From Promethearchaeota archaeon (GTDB lineage Archaea; Asgardarchaeota; Lokiarchaeia; Sigyniarchaeales; SOKP01), in contig JBHLLU010000007.1 in assembly GCA_048938895.1 (NCBI GenBank), positions 45,907-109,906 on the forward strand: 64,000 nt of DNA, written 5' to 3'. Of the stretch, positions 8,992-18,987 are shown one piece after another; positions within the stretch are counted from its first letter, which is position 1, and every line of letters starts with the position of its first letter. The position numbers were made by a program, and so were the translations under genes. Below the pieces are notes generated by a model, which saw nothing but the letters and a program-made list of their open reading frames with translations, made no database searches and was not told the DNA's origin.

Positions 8992-10800
8992 TTACATCCC
9001 CCACCAAGGATGGTTTGTTTTACGCATTAAAGAGATAAATTCTCTAAGGACTTGTCTTTGATCAGTAGTCAATTCATCCAAAAATTTTCCCATCAATTGT
9101 CTTGCATGAGATTCTGGAACATTAACAAATAATGTTTCATCCTTTCCAATTTCTCTTCCAATTTCAATACCTCGAATAGAAATTGCGACCTCAGAGTCTT
9201 TTTCAGCCTTTTCTAATGTCTCCCCCTTATCTTGAATTTGATGAATTCTTCTAACCCTCTTACCTTCATCAGTTATTAAAGGAACTTTAGGATATAAGGT
9301 ACCAGCTTCAACTTTTACTCCAAATACTGCAGGATCTGAATTCCTGAATATATATTCAGGAAACATTTTTAATTTAGCAGGAAGGATCAATTCACTTAAA
9401 CCTTTTGCGGTATCTTCAGCTTTTCTTGTCTCTGAATATTCAATATAATCCTCCAGCAATCTGTAAATTACATTATTAGTAAAAATTCTTATGTTATCAA
9501 TAAATGCCTGTTCATTGGCTTCAGGTAAAATTGGGACATTAAATCCTAGCACAACGGCAGAATAGGGATCAAAAGTTTTTACGATATTAGCATTAATTAC
9601 ATCTTCTTTTTTTATCGGTCCAACATCAGCAATACTAATTTTTACCCCATTTTTAGTGAAGTGGTTTTCTAAGGCTTCTAAAGAACCCAGGGTATCGGCT
9701 TTTAAAACCACTCCTGCTTTTTCAGTTTTTATACGGATACTTTCTACTTCAGATTCTATTTCGCTATATACAGCTTCTTCATCAGATGGGCCCCCGATAC
9801 CCCTAAAAGGTGATCCTGCGACAACATCATCTATATTTGGGGAGAGAATTTTAATTCCTGCTGCTGCTGTAACCACCTCAACAGAATCGAATTTCTGTCG
9901 GGGATCTCTAATTTCATCTAAAGGTTTGGGTGTAAGTAACGCTCTTACTTTTGATTTTATTGGTTTTTCCAAACCACCAACTATAAATTCGTCCCCTTTG
10001 TGTATAACTCCATCATAAATTAATACATCCATTGTTTTTCCTTGTCCTTTCTCTTTTTTAACCTCTAAAACTACTCCACGTGCGGGACCTTCAGAAAATT
10101 GAATATTTGTAGTTAAATATTGTTGAACTAAACCCATCAATACCAGTAATAAAGTTGAAATTCCCTCTCCGGTTTTACCACTAGTAGGTACAATAGCTAC
10201 TTTCTTGGTAAAATCATTGATTTTATCATAACGGTCTATTCCTTTAAATCCTTCTTCTAAGAAATTACCCATTATTTGAAGAATTTTTTCATCTAAAAAC
10301 TCTTTTACATGTGGTTTTTGGGAATTATAAGAATCTTGAAAATCAGCATCTTTTTGAGATTTCCAACCAGATAACCTATCAATTTTATTTGCAGCTATGA
10401 CAAATGGAGTTTTTCTCTCTCTTAGTATTCTTACAGATTCCCATGTAATCGGCATCGTACCTGCGGTTACGTCAATTACTAAAATCGCTATGTCCGCCAC
10501 AGCACCCCCTCGCTTTCTTAAATTCAAAAATGCTGCATGCCCCGGTGTATCTACCACTAATATTCCAGGAAGTTTAATATCCATCTTACCAAATTCCTGT
10601 TTGGATTTGCTTAAAAATTCCTTGACATCCTCAGTAGGGAAATAAGAAGCACCAATATGTTGAGTAATACCTGCAGCTTCTCTTTGTTGAACCACTGTTC
10701 CTCTAATATAATCTAATATAGTAGTTTTTCCATGGTCAATATGCCCCAAAATACAGACAATTGGGGCTCTGATTGTCTTTTCAGTATCTGATGTTGTCAT
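8992..10800 (-). CDS. infB: Translation initiation factor aIF5B/IF-2
   Basis: GHIDHGKT, EAAGITQHIGA, DTPGHAAF, NKID, KADTLGSLEAL. Confidence 0.96.
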   Translation of the reverse strand: MTTSDTEKTIRAPIVCILGHIDHGKTTILDYIRGTVVQQREAAGITQHIGASYFPTEDVKEFLSKSKQEFGKMDIKLPGILVVDTPGHAAFLNLRKRGGAVADIAILVIDVTAGTMPITWESVRILRERKTPFVIAANKIDRLSGWKSQKDADFQDSYNSQKPHVKEFLDEKILQIMGNFLEEGFKGIDRYDKINDFTKKVAIVPTSGKTGEGISTLLLVLMGLVQQYLTTNIQFSEGPARGVVLEVKKEKGQGKTMDVLIYDGVIHKGDEFIVGGLEKPIKSKVRALLTPKPLDEIRDPRQKFDSVEVVTAAAGIKILSPNIDDVVAGSPFRGIGGPSDEEAVYSEIESEVESIRIKTEKAGVVLKADTLGSLEALENHFTKNGVKISIADVGPIKKEDVINANIVKTFDPYSAVVLGFNVPILPEANEQAFIDNIRIFTNNVIYRLLEDYIEYSETRKAEDTAKGLSELILPAKLKMFPEYIFRNSDPAVFGVKVEAGTLYPKVPLITDEGKRVRRIHQIQDKGETLEKAEKDSEVAISIRGIEIGREIGKDETLFVNVPESHARQLMGKFLDELTTDQRQVLREFISLMRKTNHPWWGM

Positions 10801-10880
10801 TTAGGATCACTTACTCTATATTTCTATTATTAGTTAATAAAAAGTAATAAGAAAATTAGAAGTTTTTTGATTTTTTCCTT

Positions 10881-13751
10881 TTAACTGTTTACAAGATATT
10901 TTTTAAGATATTTTGCGGTAAATGAGGTTTTTGAGTCAAGGATTTGTTCGGGAGTACCTTTGGTGACAATTTTACCACCTTTTTCCCCACCTTCGGGGCC
11001 TAAATCAATAATATAATCGACAGATTTTATAATATCCATATTATGTTCAATAATAATTACTGTATTTCCTTTATCTACTAATCTTTGGAGTACTTGTAAT
11101 AAAAATTTAATATCATACATATGTAATCCTGTAGTAGGTTCATCTAAGATATATAATGTATTTCCTGTACTTGTTTTTCTCAACTCTCTTGCAATTTTTA
11201 ATCTTTGGGATTCTCCACCACTTAAAGTGGTTGAAGATTGTCCTAATTCCAGATAACCTAAACCGACATCTACCACAGTTTTTAAGGTTCTTTTCAAATT
11301 AGGAATATTGTCAAAAAATTCCAAGGCTTGATTGAAGGTCATTTTCAAAACTTCTGAAATTGATTTCCCCTTATATCTTACTTCCAAGGTCTCTGCATTA
11401 TATCTTTCCCCTTTACACAGATCACATCTGATATAAACATCAGGTAGGAAATACATTTCTTTAAGGATATAGCCAGTCCCTTTACATTTTTTACAATGCC
11501 CTGCTTTGGTATTAAAGCTAAATCTACCTTTATTATAACCTCTTTCTTTCGATTTTGGTAATTGAGCAAATATATCTCGAATATAATCTAAAGCTTTTGT
11601 ATAAGTTGAAGGAACAGACCTAGGGGTTCTTCCTATTGGAGATTGATCAATGTTAATAATTTTATCTATTTTATCATAACCTTTTATAGTATCAAAATCT
11701 CCTTGTCTAATTTTAGAACTGCGACTATTAATGAGATTATGTAATCCTTTATAAAGACAATCTATAATTAAACTTGTTTTACCCGCCCCTGAAACACCAG
11801 TTACGCATGTGAATACGCCTAATGGAATTTCGATTTCAATATCTTTTAAATTATTTTCTCTTGCGCCGAAAAGTTGCAAAAAATCATTATCTGATTTACG
11901 TCGTTTTTTAGGGATTTCAATTTTTTCCATCCCTGATAAAAATTTTCCAGTCAAGGTATCAGACTTTATTATTTCATCTAATGAACCCTCAGCAACGATT
12001 TCTCCCCCTTTAACACCTGCTAAAGGTCCTAGATCTATAATGTGATCAGCATTCTCCATTATCGCTTCATCATGCTCTACAACAATAACTGTATTACCAA
12101 GATCTCGTAATTTTTTTAACATTTTTATAAGTCTATTAATATCCCTTTGATGTAAACCAACACTTGGTTCATCCAAAACATATAACACCCCCACTAGACT
12201 AGAACCTAATTGAGTCGCTAATCTAATTCTTTCTGCTTCTCCAACTGATAATGTATCTGAACGTCGGCTTAAAGATATATAATCTAATCCTACATTTTCT
12301 AGAAAAGATAATCGATCATTAATCTCTTTTAGTATTTCTTTTGCAATCGTTCTATCAGTCTCATTTAATTGTAGTGATTTAAAAAATTTGATTGAATCTT
12401 TTACAGATAAATCAGTTAATTGAGCGATATTCATATTATTTATAGTTACTGCCAGACTCTCTGGTTTTAAGCGTTTCCCATCACACTGAGGACATGCAAT
12501 CCGATTCATAAAACTTTCATAATTTTCTCGTGCCCATTCAGACCGTGTCTCCATATATCTCCGATGTAGCAATGGTATTATTCCCTCAAATGGTCTTATA
12601 ACATCCCAAGAAGATTTATATTCCTCGTGATTATTTCTATATTCATTTCCATTGCTTTCAAAGTGAAATTGAATTGCTTCATCTTCTGTACCAAATAACA
12701 TTTTATTTAATTTCTCAGGCTCTATTTCCTGTAATGGAGTTTTATTAGCACTGAATCCATAGTGTTTAGCTACCTGAACTATGGTTTGCCAAGAATATCC
12801 CGTTAAAGAGTTAAATCCTGGAATGTCTCTTATTGGTGTATCTATAAGCGGTACTGATAAATCATCGCCTAATACAAGTCCATAATCGAATTCCATCACG
12901 GTACCAAGACCACTACAATATCTACAACTCCCATGAGGGATATTGAATGAAAACATCTTATGGTCTAATTGTGGAAAAGAAATGCCACAATCTATGCAAG
13001 CAAGGTGTTCAGAATAAATTTGTTCTGCATCATCAACAACTTCGACTATAACTAATCCTTCTGCGAGTTCTAACGCGTTTTCTATTGAATCTGCTAATCT
13101 TGTTTTTATATCTTTACGCATTACTAACCTATCAATTATGACATTAATATTATGTTTAACATTCTTTGGCATTGTTATTTCTTCATCTAAAGTATATTGA
13201 ATCCCATCAACTTCTACTCTTACATATCCTTGCTTTCTTAAATCTTGTAGAAGATCTTTATACTCTCCTTTCCGGTCTCGAATTACTGGAGATTTAATTA
13301 TAAATTTTTGATTTTCCTTTATAGAATCGAGAAGAATTTGAATAATTTGTTGCGGGGTTTGTGGTCTTATTTCTTTTCCACAATTAGGACAATGTGGAAC
13401 ACCAATATTTGCGAAAAGAAGCCGATAATAATCATAAATCTCCGTAACCGTTCCTACTGTACTTCTAGGATTTTTCGAGAGTGGTTTTTGTTCTATCGCA
13501 ATTGCCGGTGATAAACCTTCAATGGAATCTACATCTGGTTTATCCATTTCGCCTAAAAACTGACGGGCATAGCTTGATAGTGATTCTAAAAATCTTCTCT
13601 GTCCTTCTGCATATAAAGTATCCATTGCTAGACTAGATTTACCACTTCCACTTATTCCTGTTATAACCACTAGTTTATTACGAGGGATAACAACATCAAT
13701 GTTTTTAAGATTATTTTGTCTAGCCCCTTTTATTACTATAAATTCACTCAT
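10881..13751 (-). CDS. uvrA: Excinuclease ABC subunit A
   Basis: GARQNNLKN, GISGSGKSS, two ABC modules, Zn fingers, DQSPIGRTPRS, LDEPTTGLH. Confidence 0.97.
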   Translation of the reverse strand: MSEFIVIKGARQNNLKNIDVVIPRNKLVVITGISGSGKSSLAMDTLYAEGQRRFLESLSSYARQFLGEMDKPDVDSIEGLSPAIAIEQKPLSKNPRSTVGTVTEIYDYYRLLFANIGVPHCPNCGKEIRPQTPQQIIQILLDSIKENQKFIIKSPVIRDRKGEYKDLLQDLRKQGYVRVEVDGIQYTLDEEITMPKNVKHNINVIIDRLVMRKDIKTRLADSIENALELAEGLVIVEVVDDAEQIYSEHLACIDCGISFPQLDHKMFSFNIPHGSCRYCSGLGTVMEFDYGLVLGDDLSVPLIDTPIRDIPGFNSLTGYSWQTIVQVAKHYGFSANKTPLQEIEPEKLNKMLFGTEDEAIQFHFESNGNEYRNNHEEYKSSWDVIRPFEGIIPLLHRRYMETRSEWARENYESFMNRIACPQCDGKRLKPESLAVTINNMNIAQLTDLSVKDSIKFFKSLQLNETDRTIAKEILKEINDRLSFLENVGLDYISLSRRSDTLSVGEAERIRLATQLGSSLVGVLYVLDEPSVGLHQRDINRLIKMLKKLRDLGNTVIVVEHDEAIMENADHIIDLGPLAGVKGGEIVAEGSLDEIIKSDTLTGKFLSGMEKIEIPKKRRKSDNDFLQLFGARENNLKDIEIEIPLGVFTCVTGVSGAGKTSLIIDCLYKGLHNLINSRSSKIRQGDFDTIKGYDKIDKIINIDQSPIGRTPRSVPSTYTKALDYIRDIFAQLPKSKERGYNKGRFSFNTKAGHCKKCKGTGYILKEMYFLPDVYIRCDLCKGERYNAETLEVRYKGKSISEVLKMTFNQALEFFDNIPNLKRTLKTVVDVGLGYLELGQSSTTLSGGESQRLKIARELRKTSTGNTLYILDEPTTGLHMYDIKFLLQVLQRLVDKGNTVIIIEHNMDIIKSVDYIIDLGPEGGEKGGKIVTKGTPEQILDSKTSFTAKYLKKYLVNS

Positions 13752-14055
13752 ATTCTACTATGTTTTCTAATTCTTGAAATCAAAAAAGTTTTTCTAGGAT
13801 ATTATAAAACCCAATACTTATATTGAAAATTAAAAAATAATATACAAAATCTGGGTATACGATTTATGAATTATTAAAGGAATATTAGAAAAATTCAGCA
13901 CTCAAAGATTTAAAATAATTTGTATCTATAATTATCCTATCCAATTATAAGACAAGAATTGGTAAAGGTAATATTATATCTAATGATGATCTATTGAGTG
14001 AGATAATCCCCTACGTTGGTTTATTCAAGATCATGCAACTATCTATTTCGGCCAT

Positions 14056-14358
14056 TTGAATATAGTTAAAGAGCGTGAGGATTCAAAATCATTAATACGA
14101 AGGCTCTTCACTAAACCACGGGAACTTGATAATAAAAAGATTGAGCCTTTATTTAAGATACTGGATGAAATTGCAAAAGCACATAATAAAACTCTTGCAC
14201 AAGTGGCAATTAATTGGCTTATAACAACAGAACAGATATGTGTTATACCAATTCCAGGAATTAGAAATATACGACAAATAAATGATAATATGGGTGCACT
14301 CGGTTGGCACATTACGAAAGAAGAACGTGCTCATATCAACAAAACCGAGATTAGTTGA
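14056..14358 (+). pseudogene. C-terminal fragment of an aldo/keto reductase
   Basis: IAKAHNKTLAQVAINWL...PIPGIRNIRQINDNMGALGW matches the AKR C-terminus. The N-terminal ~200 aa are missing and there is no room for them upstream. Confidence 0.7.
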
Positions 14359-14399
14359 AATTATAAGTTCAGAAGAATGCAATTAATGAACTTAGGTTC

Positions 14400-15143
14400 T
14401 TATTTATATTCAGATTCATCTACAACCAAATTGGGATCAAGTAATCCTTTTTGAATTTTCCTTAATACATAATTCCTAAATTCCTTGCTTGTGAAATTTC
14501 GAGTTTCAAATTGATTAAATTCCTCTACTTTTTCTCCTGATTTATTATTAATTGTTTCAACATCCCGCATGACATATTCAACCATCGTTGCGCCTAATAA
14601 TATACTAAATAAAAAGGATGAAATTAAAGCAGCATCTTTTTCTTTGATCTCTCCTTTATCAATTGCTTTTTGAATTACGCGAGTAGTTCCTTCCAGATAT
14701 CTAAAGGGCTTATATTCTTTTTCAAATGGTCCTTTTTTTTCTGAGGGAGGAGATCGGATAATGTGCATCATTCGAAAAGCCGCATAATCTTTTTCTGCAA
14801 ATTCAAAAAAGTGTTTAAAAATTTTTAGTAATAAATCAACAGTTGAACCGTTAAAATTCTTAATGATCTCCCGGTTTTCATTCCTGTATTGTTCATAAAA
14901 CTTTTTCCTTATCGCAATCCATAGTTCTCGTTTGCTTTCTACATAATTATAGAGATTATTTTGGCTCATACCTAATTTTCTTGCGAGACCACGTAGTGTG
15001 AAACCATGAAGTCCTTGTTCTTGAAATAATTGTTTTCCTACTTCAAGAATTTCATCAAATTGTTGAGCTTTCTTCTCAGGAGACCTACTTCTTGTTTGTT
15101 TTTTACTATTAATATCGCTTTTTCCATCAATCATTGATTTCAC
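14400..15143 (-). CDS. TetR/AcrR family transcriptional regulator
   Basis: ILEVGKQLFQEQGLHGFTLRGLARKLGMSQNNLYNYVESKREL helix-turn-helix. Confidence 0.92.
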   Translation of the reverse strand: MKSMIDGKSDINSKKQTRSRSPEKKAQQFDEILEVGKQLFQEQGLHGFTLRGLARKLGMSQNNLYNYVESKRELWIAIRKKFYEQYRNENREIIKNFNGSTVDLLLKIFKHFFEFAEKDYAAFRMMHIIRSPPSEKKGPFEKEYKPFRYLEGTTRVIQKAIDKGEIKEKDAALISSFLFSILLGATMVEYVMRDVETINNKSGEKVEEFNQFETRNFTSKEFRNYVLRKIQKGLLDPNLVVDESEYK

Positions 15144-15161
15144 AGAATTTTAAAATGAGTC

Positions 15162-15182
15162 TAAATTCACATAATTAATTTA
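15162..15182. promoter_or_regulatory. Candidate TetR operator (autoregulatory copy) TAAATTCACATAATTAATTTA
   Basis: 19/21 identical to the reverse complement of the palindrome at 18816-18836. Lies in the divergent tetR/activase intergenic region. Confidence 0.6.
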
Positions 15183-15253
15183 AAATGATTTATTGTTCAA
15201 GTACTTTATGAATTTATTTTCAATTTTTCTAAAAAATATGATGGTGTCTACTT

Positions 15254-16198
15254 ATAGCATCAAAATCTAAAGGTTTAATCTTCAAAATTGAGAGAATGGC
15301 TACTGACGATGGCCCTGGTATTCGTACGACAATTTTTTTTAATTATTGTCCCTTAAATTGCATTTGGTGTCATAATCCAGAATCCATTCCAAAGAAACCT
15401 CAACTTCAATGGATAGATCGTAAATGTATTGGTTGTAATAGTTGTGTAGATGCTTGCCAAGAGAATATCCTATTTTTTGAAGAAGATGGTTTACATATTA
15501 ATAGAGAGAAATGTACTAGTTGTGGAGATTGTGCAGAAGCCTGTCCAAGTACGGCATTAACTATGTGGGGTAAGTGGTGGGATCTAGATATTCTTTTTCG
15601 CGATATTGAGAAAGAAAAAATATTTTTTGATAAAACAAGAGGAGGTATTACCGTTTCTGGTGGTGAACCTACATTTCAAGCAGATTTTCTCTTACAGTTA
15701 TTAAAATTATGTAAGGAAAATGACATTACTACTGCTTTAGATACTTGTGGATATTCAAGTAAAAAAGTTTATCAAGATTTATTACCCTACGTTGATATTG
15801 TCCTTTTAGATATAAAAGTCATTGATCCTAAAAAACATGAAGAATATACGGGTGTTCCAAATAAAATAATTTTAGATAATGCTAAATGGATTTCACGTTA
15901 TATCAAAGAAAATGGAAAAGTTATGTGGATAAGAACACCAATAATTCCTCACTATACTGCAACTAAAGAGAATGTTAAAGGAATTGGAGAATTCATTGTA
16001 AATGAATTAAATAATATTCCTGATCAATGGGATCTATTAAGTTTTAATAAACTATGCGAAATTAAATATTCAAGGTTAGGTCAACCATGGCCTTTAAAGG
16101 ATGAGCCCTTAATGACAAAAGAAGAGATGGAAAATTTTCTTGAAATTGCTAAAAATACAGGTGTCAAAAACGTTAAGTGGTCTGGTTTAACTCGTTGA
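15254..16198 (+). CDS. Glycyl-radical enzyme activating enzyme (radical SAM with 2x[4Fe-4S] ferredoxin insert)
   Basis: DGPGIRTT, CPLNCIWCHNPE, two CxxCxxCxxxC motifs, GGITVSGGEP, DTCG. The conserved N-terminus KGLIFKIER lies upstream of the track ATG (15296); the likely start is ATA at 15254. Confidence 0.92.
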   Translation: MASKSKGLIFKIERMATDDGPGIRTTIFFNYCPLNCIWCHNPESIPKKPQLQWIDRKCIGCNSCVDACQENILFFEEDGLHINREKCTSCGDCAEACPSTALTMWGKWWDLDILFRDIEKEKIFFDKTRGGITVSGGEPTFQADFLLQLLKLCKENDITTALDTCGYSSKKVYQDLLPYVDIVLLDIKVIDPKKHEEYTGVPNKIILDNAKWISRYIKENGKVMWIRTPIIPHYTATKENVKGIGEFIVNELNNIPDQWDLLSFNKLCEIKYSRLGQPWPLKDEPLMTKEEMENFLEIAKNTGVKNVKWSGLTR

Positions 16199-16350
16199 AT
16201 CGAAAAAAAACGAATTGCAAATCCTCTATTTCTTATATTTTATATTAAAATATCATTCTCATTTCACATCTTAAACAAGAATATGATCTTGAGTTTTTTA
16301 ATTTAAGATTGAAAAATAAAATAGAAAAAATTAAAAAAGTAAAATAAAAT

Positions 16351-18789
16351 TTATATTTCATTGAATACTGTTCTTGCGATAATATCATCCTGAAGTTCTT
16401 TTCTTAGATCTATGAATCGAGCAGAATAACCTGAGACTTTAACGGAAAGATCAGGATATTTCTCTGGATGAGCTTGAGCGTCTCTTAATGTTTCTGAACT
16501 TATTGGATTTATCTGAAGCTCTCGACCTCCCATCTCTAAATAAGCCTCCACTATAGAAGTTAAATGTTCGAGTCCCTCATCTGTTTCTAGTATATTCGGA
16601 TTGATTCTAATATTCATAGTTGCTCCATTCGTTAAATGAGGGTCAGCTGTAGCATAGGCTACTGATCGAAGTGTCATAGTAAGCCCATTCTTTTCCATAC
16701 CGTTTGCAGGAGAAATACCATTTGATACAGGTTCATAGGCTAATCTTCCATCTGCAGTCGCCCCCAATGCTTTACCTTCCATAACTTGTGTTCCGGAAGA
16801 TACAAGACAATTATGATATATACCATCACCGCCTCTTGCTTTATATTTTCTTGTAATATCACATATAGTAGATGCAACCCATTTTGCTAACTCGTCTACC
16901 TTTTCATCACCATTACCGTATTTGGGAGCTTTATTTCGTAATTTTTCTCGAAGTTCTTCCGCCCCCTTGAAATTATTATTCATATGGTTAACTAATTCTT
17001 CCATGCTCACTAATTTCTCTTCAAAAACTGCCCATCGAATTGCTGCTAAGGAGTCTGCGACACCACCAAGTCCTTGAGACCCCATTGGGTTGTTGTTATA
17101 TTTAGCTCCGTTTCTAGTTGCATCCATTCCGCTTTCGAGACATCCTTCTATCGTAGATGATAGCAATGGGGAAGGTAGGTAATCTGCAAATGCTTTATCC
17201 TTTAACTCAGCCTTTTGTACCGTGAGATCTATAGCAAATTTAAGCTGTTCTACATAAGCTTTCTTGACATCTTCAAAAGATTTAAAAGTTTTAGCTGGGG
17301 GTGTTTTCACTCCAACAGTTTTATTTCCTGAAAAAATAGTGCGTCCTTCATTTAATGCCATGTTAAGAAGGATTGAAATCTGAATAGCATTCCCTGCAGT
17401 ATAAGAGAAATCATTACCAGTACCATGGGGTTCCACGCATCCCACAAGTGAATAATCTCTAGCATCCTCTAATGAATATCCAGTATTATGAAGTTGTGGG
17501 ACTAGAACTTCATCATTATGAATGCCCATTCCAGCTGTATATTTAAAAGCTTCAATTGTCCTTTTCAGAAAATTATGGGGTGTCTTGGAAGAAATTCGTA
17601 TTGATATTGTATTTAATAAGCTTTTTACATTTGCAACAGCCTCAAGAAACATGTATGATACATCATTAGTAGCGTCATTTCCATCCTTGTCTAGTCCACC
17701 GATAGTTACATTATTCTGTCCTGCGATAACGACAGAAGCAAGTTTAACTAAATACTCCTCAACGAGTTCTAAAGCTTCTTCATAAGTAATACGGCCTTCG
17801 GCTAAATCAGCGGCATAATATGGGTAAAGATATTGGTCAACGCGTCCTTGAGAAAATATATTTCCTTCACCATAACTCATTTCCATGACGACATTAGTCA
17901 TCCATATTGATTGAAGTGCTTCTATAAATGTTCTTGGTGGAAGGGCAGGTACTCGTCTTGTGCGTTCAGCAATTTCTAAGAGTTCAGCCTTTCTTGTTTC
18001 TGAAGCATTTTCTGCCATTTCCACTGCAAGATCAGCATAACGATTGGAATAATCGCAGGCAGTTCTTGCTGCAACTACGACTGATTCATAAAAATCCTTG
18101 CGTTGGTCATATTTTTCATCAGTCTCCCTGAGTTTCGTAAGCCCTTCTTCTGCCATTTTTTCAATTCCTCTAAATCCCATTTTAAGAACTCGTCTATATC
18201 CAGGAATAACATGTCCTTGACCACTAGCACCTGCAAATATATCAGTGCCGCCCCGAGATCTACCCATAGGACTTAGTTCAGACTCTGCTGTAGTTAAACC
18301 TGCTTTTTCCCAATATTCTCTTTTCCGAGCTGCTACTGTTCTTCCTTTCCAGAAGGGGACGATTTCATTTTTCAACTCATCCATTTCTTCCTTTGGTAAG
18401 GGAAGATATCGATTAAGGAAAGTAAATTTTTTGGCAAACCCATCTCTTATTCTTTTATCTATTGCATCATTAAAGATAAACCCAAAAATACTAGCACGCA
18501 TTCCACGTTCTATTTCAATTGGATCGGCTCTTACCTTACTAGATTTTACACCCACAAGAAGCTCATCGTTCTCAATCCTAATCGGTAAGCGATGTAAGAA
18601 TTCCTCTAATGCTTTAGCATTCTTCATACAGGGCGGAGCATCTTCCATTTGTTTATATATTATTGTATAACACCGAGCTCGTTCAATATCAAGTTCTCTA
18701 GGCATAGAAAGCATTCTATCTCTAATCTTTCGAACCCTCTCGGAAGGAATCCCTTGAAGAGGGGTCATTTTAATACCTTGAACAACCAT
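16351..18789 (-). CDS. Glycyl-radical enzyme, eliminase-type PFL superfamily, substrate unknown (paralog 1)
   Basis: Cys loop LVGCVEP, Gly loop LSVKVSGYSARF, GRVDQYLYPYY, APKYGN, GATADGR. Confidence 0.92.
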   Translation of the reverse strand: MVVQGIKMTPLQGIPSERVRKIRDRMLSMPRELDIERARCYTIIYKQMEDAPPCMKNAKALEEFLHRLPIRIENDELLVGVKSSKVRADPIEIERGMRASIFGFIFNDAIDKRIRDGFAKKFTFLNRYLPLPKEEMDELKNEIVPFWKGRTVAARKREYWEKAGLTTAESELSPMGRSRGGTDIFAGASGQGHVIPGYRRVLKMGFRGIEKMAEEGLTKLRETDEKYDQRKDFYESVVVAARTACDYSNRYADLAVEMAENASETRKAELLEIAERTRRVPALPPRTFIEALQSIWMTNVVMEMSYGEGNIFSQGRVDQYLYPYYAADLAEGRITYEEALELVEEYLVKLASVVIAGQNNVTIGGLDKDGNDATNDVSYMFLEAVANVKSLLNTISIRISSKTPHNFLKRTIEAFKYTAGMGIHNDEVLVPQLHNTGYSLEDARDYSLVGCVEPHGTGNDFSYTAGNAIQISILLNMALNEGRTIFSGNKTVGVKTPPAKTFKSFEDVKKAYVEQLKFAIDLTVQKAELKDKAFADYLPSPLLSSTIEGCLESGMDATRNGAKYNNNPMGSQGLGGVADSLAAIRWAVFEEKLVSMEELVNHMNNNFKGAEELREKLRNKAPKYGNGDEKVDELAKWVASTICDITRKYKARGGDGIYHNCLVSSGTQVMEGKALGATADGRLAYEPVSNGISPANGMEKNGLTMTLRSVAYATADPHLTNGATMNIRINPNILETDEGLEHLTSIVEAYLEMGGRELQINPISSETLRDAQAHPEKYPDLSVKVSGYSARFIDLRKELQDDIIARTVFNEI

Positions 18790-18815
18790 AATTCTTATAT
18801 TGTTTTTTTATTATT

Positions 18816-18844
18816 TAAATTAACTATGTTAATTTATTTATAAA
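18816..18844 (-). promoter_or_regulatory. TATA box (TTTATAAA, 18837-18844) with immediately downstream palindromic operator TAAATTAAC-TAT-GTTAATTTA (18816-18836)
   Basis: Perfect 9-bp inverted repeat between the TATA box and the GRE1 ATG (18789). Confidence 0.7.
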
Positions 18845-18987
18845 TTATTGTAATAATGTATAATCTTTTATAAAAAATTTTGTAATAAAGTTAATTTTAT
18901 TTAGTTTTAGCAAGTAAGTTAAAAGAAAGAATTTCTTTAAGGCTATTTAAAAATATTAATAAAAATTAAAAAAATGAAAACTAAATT

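Noticed and set aside
15196-15216. Second possible operator in the tetR/activase gap (and a half-site near 27487)
   Set aside because: Only one arm resembles the consensus, which is not distinguishable from AT-rich background.
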